DNA of 64,000 bases from assembly GCA_051362555.1 (NCBI GenBank), contig CM120641.1:20150001-20214000 (forward strand). Reading direction: 5' to 3'. Both the position numbers and the translations under genes were made by a program. This DNA comes from Lingula anatina (lineage: Eukaryota > Animalia > Brachiopoda). Positions 32,170 to 42,697 of the stretch are shown here, one piece after another (positions within the stretch are counted from its first letter, which is position 1; each line of letters starts with the position of its first letter). The notes beneath the pieces were generated by a model, which was not told the origin of the DNA, did not search any database, and saw only the letters and a program-made list of their open reading frames with translations.

Positions 32170-32673
32170 GCTATTTGATGTGGTGTTATTGACAATATTT
32201 GATTCCTGTCATACATGCTGGAGTGTTACGGAAATTGTCGTAGCCTAGAAAATGCCTTCAAAATATACTTTTAACAGTCATAATCAAATTCAAACTACTG
32301 CCACTATCTTCCCACTGCCGTAAGGTATTGCTAACAACTGTCAGTTGTCAACAGATTGTTGTAGTTTGGGAGAAAAATGTGAAAAGGAGACTTTGGTTGA
32401 TCTCCTGTTAATATATAGATGTGCGCACAGGAGTGAACAATCTCTTTGTTTCATCGTCTGCTTTTACACAAGAATACAGGTCAACATCATACTTCTAAAA
32501 GTGGATCAATCTCCATTCTTTTGCCAGGTATGTAAAAAGCAATCTAGAAAAAAAAAAGAAGAGAATTTAGAAGTGGAAAATTTATGCACACATACTGTAG
32601 GTTGGTGACACTGAAGATCACATGGTCTGAACCAGGAAACCAGGAACAAGTGTAAGATGGAACATACTTAAAG

Positions 32674-32843
32674 CAGGCCCGTAGCCAGGGGGGGTTCGGG
32701 GGGTTCGAAAGAACCCCCCTTTTTGCTGGAAAAAGGTCCACTTTGGGTAAAATTTGACCTAGGTACATGGGGATTATATGGGAAAAGGTCCACTTTTTCA
32801 GAAAAAGAACCCCCCCCCTTTGAAATTGCTGGCTACGGGCCTG
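32674..32843. mobile_element. MITE with 15-bp TIRs (hAT-like)
   Basis: Perfect TIR CAGGCCCGTAGCCAG...CTGGCTACGGGCCTG. Flanked by TAAAG at 32669-32673 and 32844-32848. Confidence 0.88.
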
Positions 32844-33526
32844 TAAAGGGATAATAACTCTTCGTATGAGATCTATATTTCACAATAAAAACATTGTGAA
32901 TAACTCATAGAAATATAATATATTCTGTTTTACCACAAAAACGGCAGTTATAGCTATTTTTCTGATATCTGAGCTTGTCTTTAGACCACGTGACCTCCAT
33001 TGATGGCTATACTCTGTTAAAATCTCTTAAGAGATTTTAACAAAAAGCCAAACTTTTTAGAAAAAAAAAAGGGACTAACTTTGAATGTAAAAATTGATTC
33101 ATTTACCATTGGTAAATATGGGAAAATTTAAAAAATTAAACGAGACTTACCTTGGTTAAGTCGAAGTTTGATTTCAATTCTTTGAGTAAAGAATTGAGGG
33201 AGGGCTTAACTGAGATCCGGTTCCGCGCGCAGGGCACTTTTCAAAGTGTTTTGTCACATTAACCACATGGAATTAATTACATTAATTCCCCACAGCTCTC
33301 TTCCTCTATAATACAAGCAATGAGCTGTAACCCAAAGTTGGGTGGGAGGGTGGCAGTTAAGCCCTCCCTCAATTCTTTACTCAAAGAATTGAAATCAAAC
33401 TTCGACTTAACCAAGGTAAGTCTCGTTTAATTTTTTAAATTCTTTTTCGTAAGAAGAATTTCATTGGTCTTAACTGAGACTTTAAAGCTTGATGTGACAA
33501 ACATTTCATTCATTTCAAAAGATTCT

Positions 33527-34648
33527 TTATTTACCCAGAACTCCATCCTGGAATCTGTCTTGATTACTTACAATGCGCTTGTCATAGAACTTCGCAAAAG
33601 TACTTTTCTTAGACCAACCAGCTTTGTCAATAATGACTGATATAGGTACTGCAGAGGCTTTTGCCTTAGAGGTAGCTGCAGCTCTAACACTGTGAGAGCT
33701 AAATGTATAAGTGTCTATACCAGCTCTACTCATAACAGTTTTTATCCATCTTGCTACTGTGTCTCTTGCGACATTATGATGTGGTTTCATGTAACTTATT
33801 AACAAACATGCACAGTTCTTGTCATTTCTCATGACTTTCGTGCGAAACAAATATTCCTTCAATACAGTATACACACAAAGCCTCCTGTCTGGAGGGTAGG
33901 CCTTAAAAGATACTGAAACAACATTATAACCTGGCCTATTTTGTTTTAAAGAACCATCTAACTTGAACAAAAACTCAGTTCTCAATTTTTTATAACCTTG
34001 AAAACTTAACAACTGCAAAGTTTGTGTACGTGCAGCTTGAGTCAGAGCCATGAGCATCACTAGCTTTAATGTCAAATCTTTGAGAGTTATATGCTTAACA
34101 GGAAAAAGTTTCCTCAAATATGTCAATACTCTTTCAACATCCCACACCTCTGTGTATCTGGGTTGTGATGGTCTGGCTGCAAACACACCCTTCATGTATC
34201 TGATAATTAATGGGTGATTTCCAATTCTGAATCCATCAAAGTTTATTCCTAAAGCTGAGAGAGCTCCACGTGCAGTGTTCAAACTCTCATAACCCAAACC
34301 TTTATTAAATTGTTCAGTTAAAAACTCGATTACTGCTTCCAAAGTTGGCGAAAGTGGAGTAATCGTCCTTTTACTACAGTACTGAAACCACCTGTTAATG
34401 TGTGTGTTATATTGTTTTTGTGTCCCTGTTTTCCAAGACAACATAAGTATTTTGGTAGAGTCCTCTGAAAATCCTCGTTCTCTGAAACTATTCCTGACAC
34501 TTTGCAAGCAATCAGTCTTAATTTTCCTTCCAAAGGGTGTTTCAACTGCAGGTGAGGAAGTCTTAAAAGATTCTTCTTTTTCTGTATTATGACTGGTTTC
34601 TCCACCAACAATTCCATCAGTCTCGGAAACCATGCTTGTGTGGGCCAC
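33527..34648 (-). CDS. DIRS tyrosine recombinase (integrase)
   Basis: Open 373-aa ORF with the catalytic set R (QAART), K (LKQNR), HSVR, W (AGWS) and Y (TFAKFYDK). It overlaps the pol ORF, as is typical for DIRS. Confidence 0.92.
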   Translation of the reverse strand: MAHTSMVSETDGIVGGETSHNTEKEESFKTSSPAVETPFGRKIKTDCLQSVRNSFRERGFSEDSTKILMLSWKTGTQKQYNTHINRWFQYCSKRTITPLSPTLEAVIEFLTEQFNKGLGYESLNTARGALSALGINFDGFRIGNHPLIIRYMKGVFAARPSQPRYTEVWDVERVLTYLRKLFPVKHITLKDLTLKLVMLMALTQAARTQTLQLLSFQGYKKLRTEFLFKLDGSLKQNRPGYNVVSVSFKAYPPDRRLCVYTVLKEYLFRTKVMRNDKNCACLLISYMKPHHNVARDTVARWIKTVMSRAGIDTYTFSSHSVRAAATSKAKASAVPISVIIDKAGWSKKSTFAKFYDKRIVSNQDRFQDGVLGK

Positions 34649-35938
34649 ATTGGTGCTACAATGATTCCCTTGGCTCTGTCCTGTCTGACTTTCTGCACAC
34701 AGTTTCCCAGTAAGCTAAAGGCGGAAACAAATAAACTGAGTTAAAAGTTTCCCAGTCAATGGTAAAAGCATCAACAAAAGAGCAGTTTGGATTAGGCTTC
34801 CATGAACAATATGTTTCTACTTGACCATTTATTATAGATGCAAAGCAGTCTATATCTGGGATTCCCCAAAAATAACATATCTTATGAAAAATCTTGCTGT
34901 CTAATTTCCATTCAAGATCATCCTTGAATTCTCTGGAAGCCTTATCTGCTGCCTCATTATTTTTGCCAGCTATATGTGTACATGTTAACCAGACATCATG
35001 TGATATACACCAAATCCATATGTCACATGCTACTTTATTACAGTTTTCAGAAACTGTGCCTCCCATGTTGTTAATGTATGACACTGCCGTAGTGTTATCT
35101 GACATCACCTTAATATGCTTTGACTTAAGATCACGTTTGAGGGACTTGAGTGCATTCAAAATGGCCATTAATTCTAATACATTAATAGGCAATTTACCCT
35201 CTACATCCGTCCATCTACCTCCAATATTATTGTTTTTATAACTTGCACCCCAACCTAAAGTGGATGCGTCTGTATGTAAAGTCTCTGAGGGGTTTGGTCT
35301 AGCAATAACCCTATGCTGGGATTTCAAGTTGACAATCCACCAAATTAAATCTGACCTCATACTGTTTGATATTATCATGGGTGCATCATAGTTACCCTTC
35401 GATTCTTGTAAAGCCTTAATCTTTGCTCTTTCTAACTTCCTATAGTACAGTTTGCCATAATCCACAGCTGAAAAACTTGCTACTAACAACCCAATGACTC
35501 TCACCACTTGTCTAATATTTGCCTTTGAAACCTTATACAACTCTTTGCATGCAGAAATTATTTTCTCCTGCCTGTCAAGTGGCAGTGTTACTATCATTTT
35601 GTCAGAATCAATAACATTTCCCAAAAATTTTAACTTGCTTGTTGGTCTCAAAACTGATTTGTCTTCATTTATGATGAAACCCAATTTGGACAGAAGTGTA
35701 ACTGTTGCATTTAAGTTCTCCGTACATTCTAAATCATCACTGCCAATTATTAAACTGTCATCAATGTACCCTGAACTAACATAACATAAACTTCTCAGTT
35801 TCCCAAAAACTGGTTTAAGAAGTTTTGTAAACAATCGCGGGCCTTCACTGACCCCATTGGGTAAGCAAGTATATTGGTAGATTTTATCCCTCCACTGGAA
35901 TCTAAAAAATTTTTGCTGTTCATCTGCAAGTTTAATTG

Positions 35939-38900
35939 CAGGGTTCATACAGCAAAGCGAAAAGCAAATTCAAGGACTTTCAATGACTTTTGAAGCTATA
36001 ATTCAAGTACTTTTCAAGGACTTTTGAATGTTAACGAAAATTATCACCATCTATTAGTGTTCTCCCCTTTCTTTCTAATACCCTTTTTAATTACTTAATT
36101 CATACGCAGCAGTTTCTTCCAATGCCCATAACCTCTGACACTAATCGGACCAAAATCGATTTAATTTCATTTTATCATAATAATTACATGTATTCACAAT
36201 TAGTTGATAATAAAAACAGCAACAATTTAATCAAGGTTTTCAAACTTTTTTATTGCAACTATTCATGTGCCCTCACATCTTTCAATATTACCATCACCAA
36301 GTTTAACTTTTGAGTTTTTCAACTTTATCAGCTAGTTCATTTTTTAACAGTTCCAACTCTTTCATTTTCTCTTTAATAGTCCTTCGGAAAGAGTTTGATT
36401 GCGTAACAAAACTTATCTGACCAGTTGTTTCTGCTTTTTCAGCTAACTTGTCAGCTTTTTCAGCTAAGAGATCAATGTCTGATTGTATTCTTTTTTTTTT
36501 TTGTGCTTTAGTTCTTCTATTTCTTCACATCTGTCTTTCATTTTCCTCTTTTCAGCATCAGTTCTCTTTTTTTCACGCTTGCTTTCTAGATATTGTTCAT
36601 ATTTCCGTCTTGAAGAAGCTGCAGAGACAAGCAGAGCATTTGTAATTGGCACTTCCAATACACCGCCCTTAGATTTCACATAGTCACAGATAATCCTCTG
36701 GGCAACAATGCTTTCCTCCTTCAAGTTTTCCACCTCTACTTTTTTGTTAATAGAAAAACCCCTCTCAACATTGGCTTGGCCATGGGACAAGACAAGCAGC
36801 ATCCTACATACTTCAAATAACTTACAGTACTGATCAACCTTCATGTATGTACTCAAAAACTCGTCAAGTCTATCAGTGTTTTGATTGAAATTTGCAAATT
36901 TATCTGAACCAAATACTGAAATATTGTCTAGAAATGAATCATACTGATTTAACACAACATCACAGTCATTTTCATCTAGCCTGTTTGCATTTATCAACAA
37001 AGTAACAACTTTCTTCATCTTGACCCTACATTCATCTGGATGGGGGACCATTTCTTTGGGGTTCAGGGCAGAAAGATTCCTCACTAGAGAATAGGAAATT
37101 GGACATTTGGTCAGCATGTGCTGAGTGGTTTTAACCAAGAAGTCCTTGCACTGCATTCTAAAGTCCATCACATTTCTGTCACTTGGCTTTAAGGGTGCAG
37201 CTACATGTTGTGCTTCTTTTAGTGCTTTCTCTGTTAAAACACCAAGGTCTACTTTGCTGTAGCTGAGGTGATTTTGATCATCACTGACATCTATCTTTGA
37301 AAGCTGATCCACATTTCTGCATGCTGTGAGTACTTCTTTTTTGATGAACCTTCTCATCAGAGCCTTCACTAAACCTGCTAAGTCAGCAGACAAGAAAGGG
37401 ACCATAGGTTTATCCGTCTGGTAAGAAGCCAGAAAAGGCTGAAGGTGGGCTGATACACATTTGAAAAACTGCATTTTGGCCTTGATGAACTTGTCATTAA
37501 CAGCTTCCTTCACAACACTAAATGATGTGTTTACAGGTTTGGTCACCTTTCCGCTCTCAGCTGCCTTTACATATTTTTCCACGTCTTGCCACACTGAAAA
37601 TGCCCTGTCACAAACGGGCACATTCTCAAGCCACCTGTGGCTGCAAAATTTCAATGGAAAAACACTGCTCCCAGTAACTTTTGAGTAGTCATCCCTCCTT
37701 GCAGGAGAATCATGAAACAAATAGTACAAACTTTTGAAAACATCATCAATTTTCCATTTCGACGCGACACCACCAGCCTTGAAACTATTGTGAACTATAT
37801 GTAGGCCACAGGAGCCAATGTTTATTATTGAAGAATCGTAATCATTGGACAATGTCCTTTTAAGAATGTCAATGAATTTCCAGTTAACATTTGGTCCATC
37901 CATGCTTACTTGGATCATATTCCTAATGTCAAGTCCACTTTCTAAAACTCCCTTGCTAAAATGTGTCATCATGTCCTCAGCAGTAGAATGGCCTAAAATA
38001 TAAAAGTCAATATTTCAAAACAAATTAGGACTTATCTGAAAATTAATTTCTTGTTTCTCTTCATTCAATTCCAATTTTGACACTTTTGCAGTATTTATCC
38101 CCACCATATAACTCTGTGATATTCAATGTTTCTGCTACTCAGATAAATTAATTTAGCAATTCATTTACTGATTTTAATTTTAACTAATTTTACATGAAAC
38201 TAAGCCTTCCAGATAAAATGAGACCCAAGGCAGATTTGCTGTAATCTCACAGGTCAAGGAACTTAAAGGTTTATTTAAAAAAAGATTTTAAAAAATATGT
38301 TAGCAAATTTCCAAGCTAATTTATTTGAACAGCAAAGACATTGGCCAAAGTCACCACATAATTTTATTTTGATTTGCATTAAAAATTAGTTACAGGGTGG
38401 AGGGGAGAGGGATACTGCAAAGTTACCCAAATTTTCTCATTAAAATGGTAATATAATTATAAATAGTAAATACTTTTCATGGAGTTTATTTCAAAAAAAA
38501 AAAAAGAAAGAAACTGCTGTCCCTTTAAATTTCACTTAAAATACATACCCAAAAACTGTGACCCAAGGAAACGTGTTGTCACTTGGTTACCATCCCAATA
38601 CCTCACATGAATGTCCATTTGCTTTTTCTGGCTCTTTTTGTTCAGGCTCTCATCAAAAAGAATGGTAAAGTAACCCTGGATGTCCTTCTTCAACAATTGC
38701 AGAAAATAGTCACTAATGCCAAAGACACACAAGTATGAGGTCTTCCTTGAGCTGCATGAGAATTTGGCGGCAACGGCACTGTCCGGAAACATTGTCTTAA
38801 ACAGGTTGCCGATTTCGTCATTAGATGAATACGAGCAATGTGTTGTCACGGTTCTCAGTGCCCACAGAATCTCAGCTTTTAGCACCTCGTTGTTATTGAA

Positions 38901-39649
38901 ATGAGCTGCAATGCTTACCGATGCCTGTGGTTGACTTTCTGGAGCTGGTATCATAAGTTCATTGCACAAACTGGAACTAGTCGGCTGACTAGTGGTAGCC
39001 GGTTGCACACTCAGACTTTGTGCAGCTGATTTAGAATTCGTCTTATGCCGTTCCCCCCTTTCGTGCGATTTCAGAGCACTTTCTCCCATGCTTGAAATGT
39101 CAAGTGCCTTAAAACAAACAGTGCAGTTTGCTTTGTGAATATCTCCTTTAAAAGTTTTGACCCAAGGATACTTTCTTGTCCATTCTTTTTTAAAAACGCA
39201 CTTTCCCATGATAAAATATAACGTTATTAAAATCCACGTGAAATATCGGTACAAGTTATCCATTCAACAACTCTCGCGGTCCACGTGGTCTCACGACTCT
39301 AAAACGAGGTTCCTACATGCGAAATAGAGGCCCCATGACGTCATCGCTTCGTGAGGAATCACCAAGTATGGGAATCCCCATTCTTATCGATCATGCTAAT
39401 TTCTTTTCACTTCGGCGAGAATAACTAAGCGAATTATTATCTATATTTGGAGTAAGAACTAATCGACATGCAATATCATTATTGACCAATAGTTTATTGA
39501 ACAAATTCAAGCACTTTTTAAGGACAAAAATAATGAAATACAAGTACTCTTCAAGGAAAACGGCAGTTTCAAGTACTTTTCAAGGCCACCAACCAAATTC
39601 AAGGCACCAAGCTAAATTCCAAGCACTTTTCAAGCCTGTGCGAACCCTG
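35939..39649 (-). mobile_element. hAT-superfamily DNA transposon with 5-bp TSD (hAT5-like), inserted in the DIRS RT
   Basis: TIR CAGGGTTCATACAG / CTGTGCGAACCCTG. TSD AATTG at 35934-35938 and 39650-39654. Subterminal TTCAAG(G/C/T)ACTTTT repeats at both ends. Excision restores RT codons YYSIKLAD. Confidence 0.92.
36303..39209 (-). CDS. hAT transposase, two exons (39209-38549, 37992-36303), with one frameshift in an A12 run at 36491-36502
   Basis: N-terminal BED/TTF-like zinc finger (W..KYPW...CTVC...H...H). DDE core FDES..QMD, SMDGPNVN, CGLH, SHGQANVERGFS. Phase-1 GT-AG intron. The coiled-coil C-terminus continues in the shifted frame to TAA at 36303. Confidence 0.88.
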
Positions 39650-39931
39650 AATTGAATAATAAGCATGACGGATATCGACAGACCCCATTTTTACATTTTT
39701 GGTTATCAATGGTAGGGTTTTCTCAAAGGTTTCCATCTTAAAATGCTGATATGGAATGAACCGATTTAATTTCTTTAGATTCAGAATTAATCTGTATTCA
39801 CCATTTTCTTTTTGTCTCAAAAAAATCGGTGATAAAATTTGGCCTGCTTCACTATTCACAGGAATAATCACTTTCATGTCCAATAATTTTTTTAATTTCT
39901 ATGTCAATAATGGACATTTCTAACCTATTAA

Positions 39932-40296
39932 AGGTACATACGAACCGAGCGTGGATTCCCAGTAAAACATGTAAACCACTTCTACTAGTTTCTTAGACAA
40001 CTCAAATGAATTCGATTGGCCAAAGGATAAACTGAATTGATCACTCGATCAGCCATAAAAAGCTTTAGACTGCTCCTTTCTTTAAATTTTTGGTCAGAAA
40101 TTTAATCTACTTTCGTGACCTACTTTTCTGCCCCATTGACATGCAGCATATAATGCTAGCGGAAAAATCCATTCAAACATCATTTTCGTGTAAAATTAAA
40201 CACTGCCTTTTGGTAATTCCCTTAGTTATACTACTTGAAACTATATGCTGGCATTTGATCGGTTTTTGTGACAAAAAACTGACTTTGTATGCATCT
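39932..40296. mobile_element. Second Kolobok-type MITE, inserted in the DIRS pol N-terminus
   Basis: TTAA at 39928-39931 and 40297-40300. Imperfect TIR AGGTACATAC / GTATGCATCT. Removal restores the in-frame pol sequence SNCKFNRLEMSIIDIEIKK. Confidence 0.82.
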
Positions 40297-40462
40297 TTAA
40301 ACTTGCAATTTGATTTCACAATGGCGGGAATCCCACCGTTGAAATCTAGATTAATATGACAATGCTTTACAATGTCAAGAATAAATAGGTCACTTGTAAT
40401 CAGTTTCCATTGATCAATAAAGTCAGCCAATCTACCTGCTTCAAAATAATTATTTACCTCAT

Positions 40463-41676
40463 TTATTGCTTGGGCAGATTCCTCTGTCCCCTGCGTACAT
40501 AGTTTTTTGCAAAAGAAGGCCCTGCTCCAGGATCATCCTGCCACACTCTGGGTCTTCCCCCTCCAGTAGGTCGATTAACACCTCTGTACACAGATCCACG
40601 GCCTCTGGCACCACGTCCTCTACATCCTCTGAGAGATCTGTCAAACAATTTATGTTTGATTTTTGAGCAATCCTCTATATCCCTTGCCATTTTGGGAAGA
40701 TCGTCTCCAAATAAAAATTTTTGGCTGTAAGTCAGCTCATGACTGCAGAGGTGAGCATATTCTCCGCTCAATTGCGGTTTCAAAAAATCTTTCCTTGTCA
40801 TATTTATCTGCCTGTTCATATGTCCCATGAGTGCTAGGACATCGTTGCAGTTTTCGATCATGCTGCCAATATGATCACTCGTGTCCTTTTCTGGATTCCT
40901 TTCGTATAAGGCCATCTGGTTTACAGTTTTAACTAAAATGTTTGCACCTTTAACCAAAGTATGTGCTATGTTTTGCATTTTCCTATCGTTTGCTTTGGTC
41001 CAACCTGGGACCTGGTCCCATATCAACTGGTTGGTTTTCACGACTTGCAGGTAATCACAGTTACCTGGCCTGTGGTTCTGTTTTATCAACTCGTTTAAAT
41101 GTTGTTCGTCCAGGCCATTCATAAAAATATCGTTCACAGTTTTGGCCAGCACATCATCCACATTGTCGGCCATTTCCTCCGACATGTTAAACTTCTTGGC
41201 CATGTGCTTAAACAGGTTGTCTTCCGTGTCGGGAAGATACGAGTCCAACTTCCTTTTTTCACCCGTTGTGCCTGCCTCCTCCGGCTCAACACATTCATTA
41301 TCGACGTAAACTTCCGTCGTCATACTGAGAATATTGCGCCTCCATATTATCAATACGTACGGCTGACGATGTTCTCTAACCTGCCGTCCTGAGCGTCCAC
41401 AGAGGCTTTTAAAGATACAAGTAATGACATAATATTATCCTCTGACGAGGATTTCTCCACAGACTTAGGGTTTTTGGAAGCCGACTTCCCTTTACCCTTC
41501 CTGCCATCACTCACGTGTTCAGGTCCATTCTTAGTAATGGTACTACATGTAGTTTCGTCCGCCATGACACCACGTGTCCAGAAGCAGACGACGAAACCTG
41601 ACTGAAATTGCGCCAAATACCGTTGCAAACGGCAAGACCACTGTCTATAACGATATAGCATGTACCACGTGCACAA
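40463..41676 (-). pseudogene. DIRS gag-like ORF1, frameshifted near 41310-41360
   Basis: RPGNCDYLQVVKTNQLIWD, D..MQ.I, R.DFLKPQL..EYAHLC, FLFGDDL and an RG-rich tail are typical of DIRS ORF1. A 4-bp CGTA duplication lies near 41357. Confidence 0.8.
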
Positions 41677-42697
41677 TAAAAATCACCCAAAACCACGTTT
41701 CGGTGAAAAAGATCAGCGCCACTAGACAAATTCGCCCTTCAACCAAGGAGTAATACTCACCAAGACTCCTTGCTTCAACTAGCGTGCAACCTAAAGTGCC
41801 CTGCGCGCGCAACCGGATCTCAGTGAAGACCAACGAAATTCTTCTTACGAAAAAGAATTGTTGTTTACTCCAGGAAAATTCATTTTTTGGCCGAAACGAA
41901 TAGTTATTATCCCTTTAATAATGAGGATACAAGAGAACAGTTGATTTTAAGCAAATTGTGTGATGATTAGATTATCTGACACGAAATGTTCAGAACACAA
42001 ATGTCAAGTAGCAAAGATGAAGCAAGCTTTGACAGAGAGAAGTAAACTGCAGCTTTATTGATGCAACTTGACGTCTGGTGGTATAAAATCTCAATTTACA
42101 TAAAAAATGCATGGTTGTTGATTTACATATAGCTTATAATATGGTTCTTTCCCTATTCATTTGCAGTTATATTTTTTGACTGCCATGATTGTTGCTTAAA
42201 AATAAACTTTACACAATAAAATGTTTCTTTTTAATAATTGTTCAGCATTACCTTTTTGGAAAACACTTCATGTTCCAAACATTTCAAGACATTTTTCAAT
42301 TGGCCATAAAAATATTTATTTTGTATTGTACCCATTACAGCCAAGAACGTGAAAAATTAGTTTAAATTCCTATACAAAGAATCCAGAACCAATTTGATAG
42401 TATGTGAGCAGAACTTTTTCTCACACCCCATTTTGGATACCCATAACCTGAAAACAATGTTGAAAACTTCAAAATTACAACCCCATAACGCATTTTAACG
42501 ACAAATAAGCTATATAGGTCCAAATTCATAACACTTTAAATCCATGCACATAGTACTGTATACATCCCCTGGGTTGGAGTTATGTTAAGAATATCACATT
42601 AAAAAAGATCCTGTAACACCTGAAGCTTTTAGTCTAAGGATGGTCCCTATTACCATTACTGACTAAGTTATCCTAAAGGGTAGCAAATGTAATTTTC

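Larger units (their letters stand above)
34330..40460 (-). pseudogene. DIRS pol (RT, RNase H, adenine-methyltransferase-like domain), disrupted by two insertions and two 1-nt homopolymer indels
   Basis: SPIFLRQKENGEYRLILNLKKLN; DIRHAYYSI|KLADEQQKFFRF (rejoined across the hAT); LPNG; GYIDD; TDASTLGWG; SDNTTAVSYIN; HIAGKNNEAADKASR; IDCFAS...YLFPP. Frameshifts at ~39890 (A7) and ~34718. Confidence 0.9.
33125..41859 (-). mobile_element. Full-length DIRS1-type tyrosine-recombinase retrotransposon (interrupted)
   Basis: Inverted repeats at 33209-33240 / 41793-41825. The internal complementary region 33355-33479 is the reverse complement of both termini, joined at AATT (33438-33441). ORF order is gag, RT, RNase H, MT, YR. 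Confidence 0.95.
32847..41914. mobile_element. Kolobok-type non-autonomous element (~330 bp of its own sequence: 32847-33124 plus 41860-41914), split by the DIRS insertion
   Basis: 19-bp TIR AGGGATAATAACTCTTCGT / ACGAATAGTTATTATCCCT (1 mismatch). TTAA at 41915-41918. The left TTAA is restored when the 32674 MITE and one TAAAG copy are removed. TTAA|AGG...CCT|TTAA is the Kolobok signature. Confidence 0.75.

Noticed and set aside
33527-35948. Phage integrase plus RT read as a prophage, retron or bacterial contamination
   Set aside because: The ITR/ICR architecture and gag-RT-RH-MT-YR order identify a DIRS retrotransposon embedded among spliced animal genes.
34656-35948. 430-aa ORF as a standalone RT starting at MNPA
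   Set aside because: The ATG comes from the hAT TIR. The true frame continues beyond 39654.
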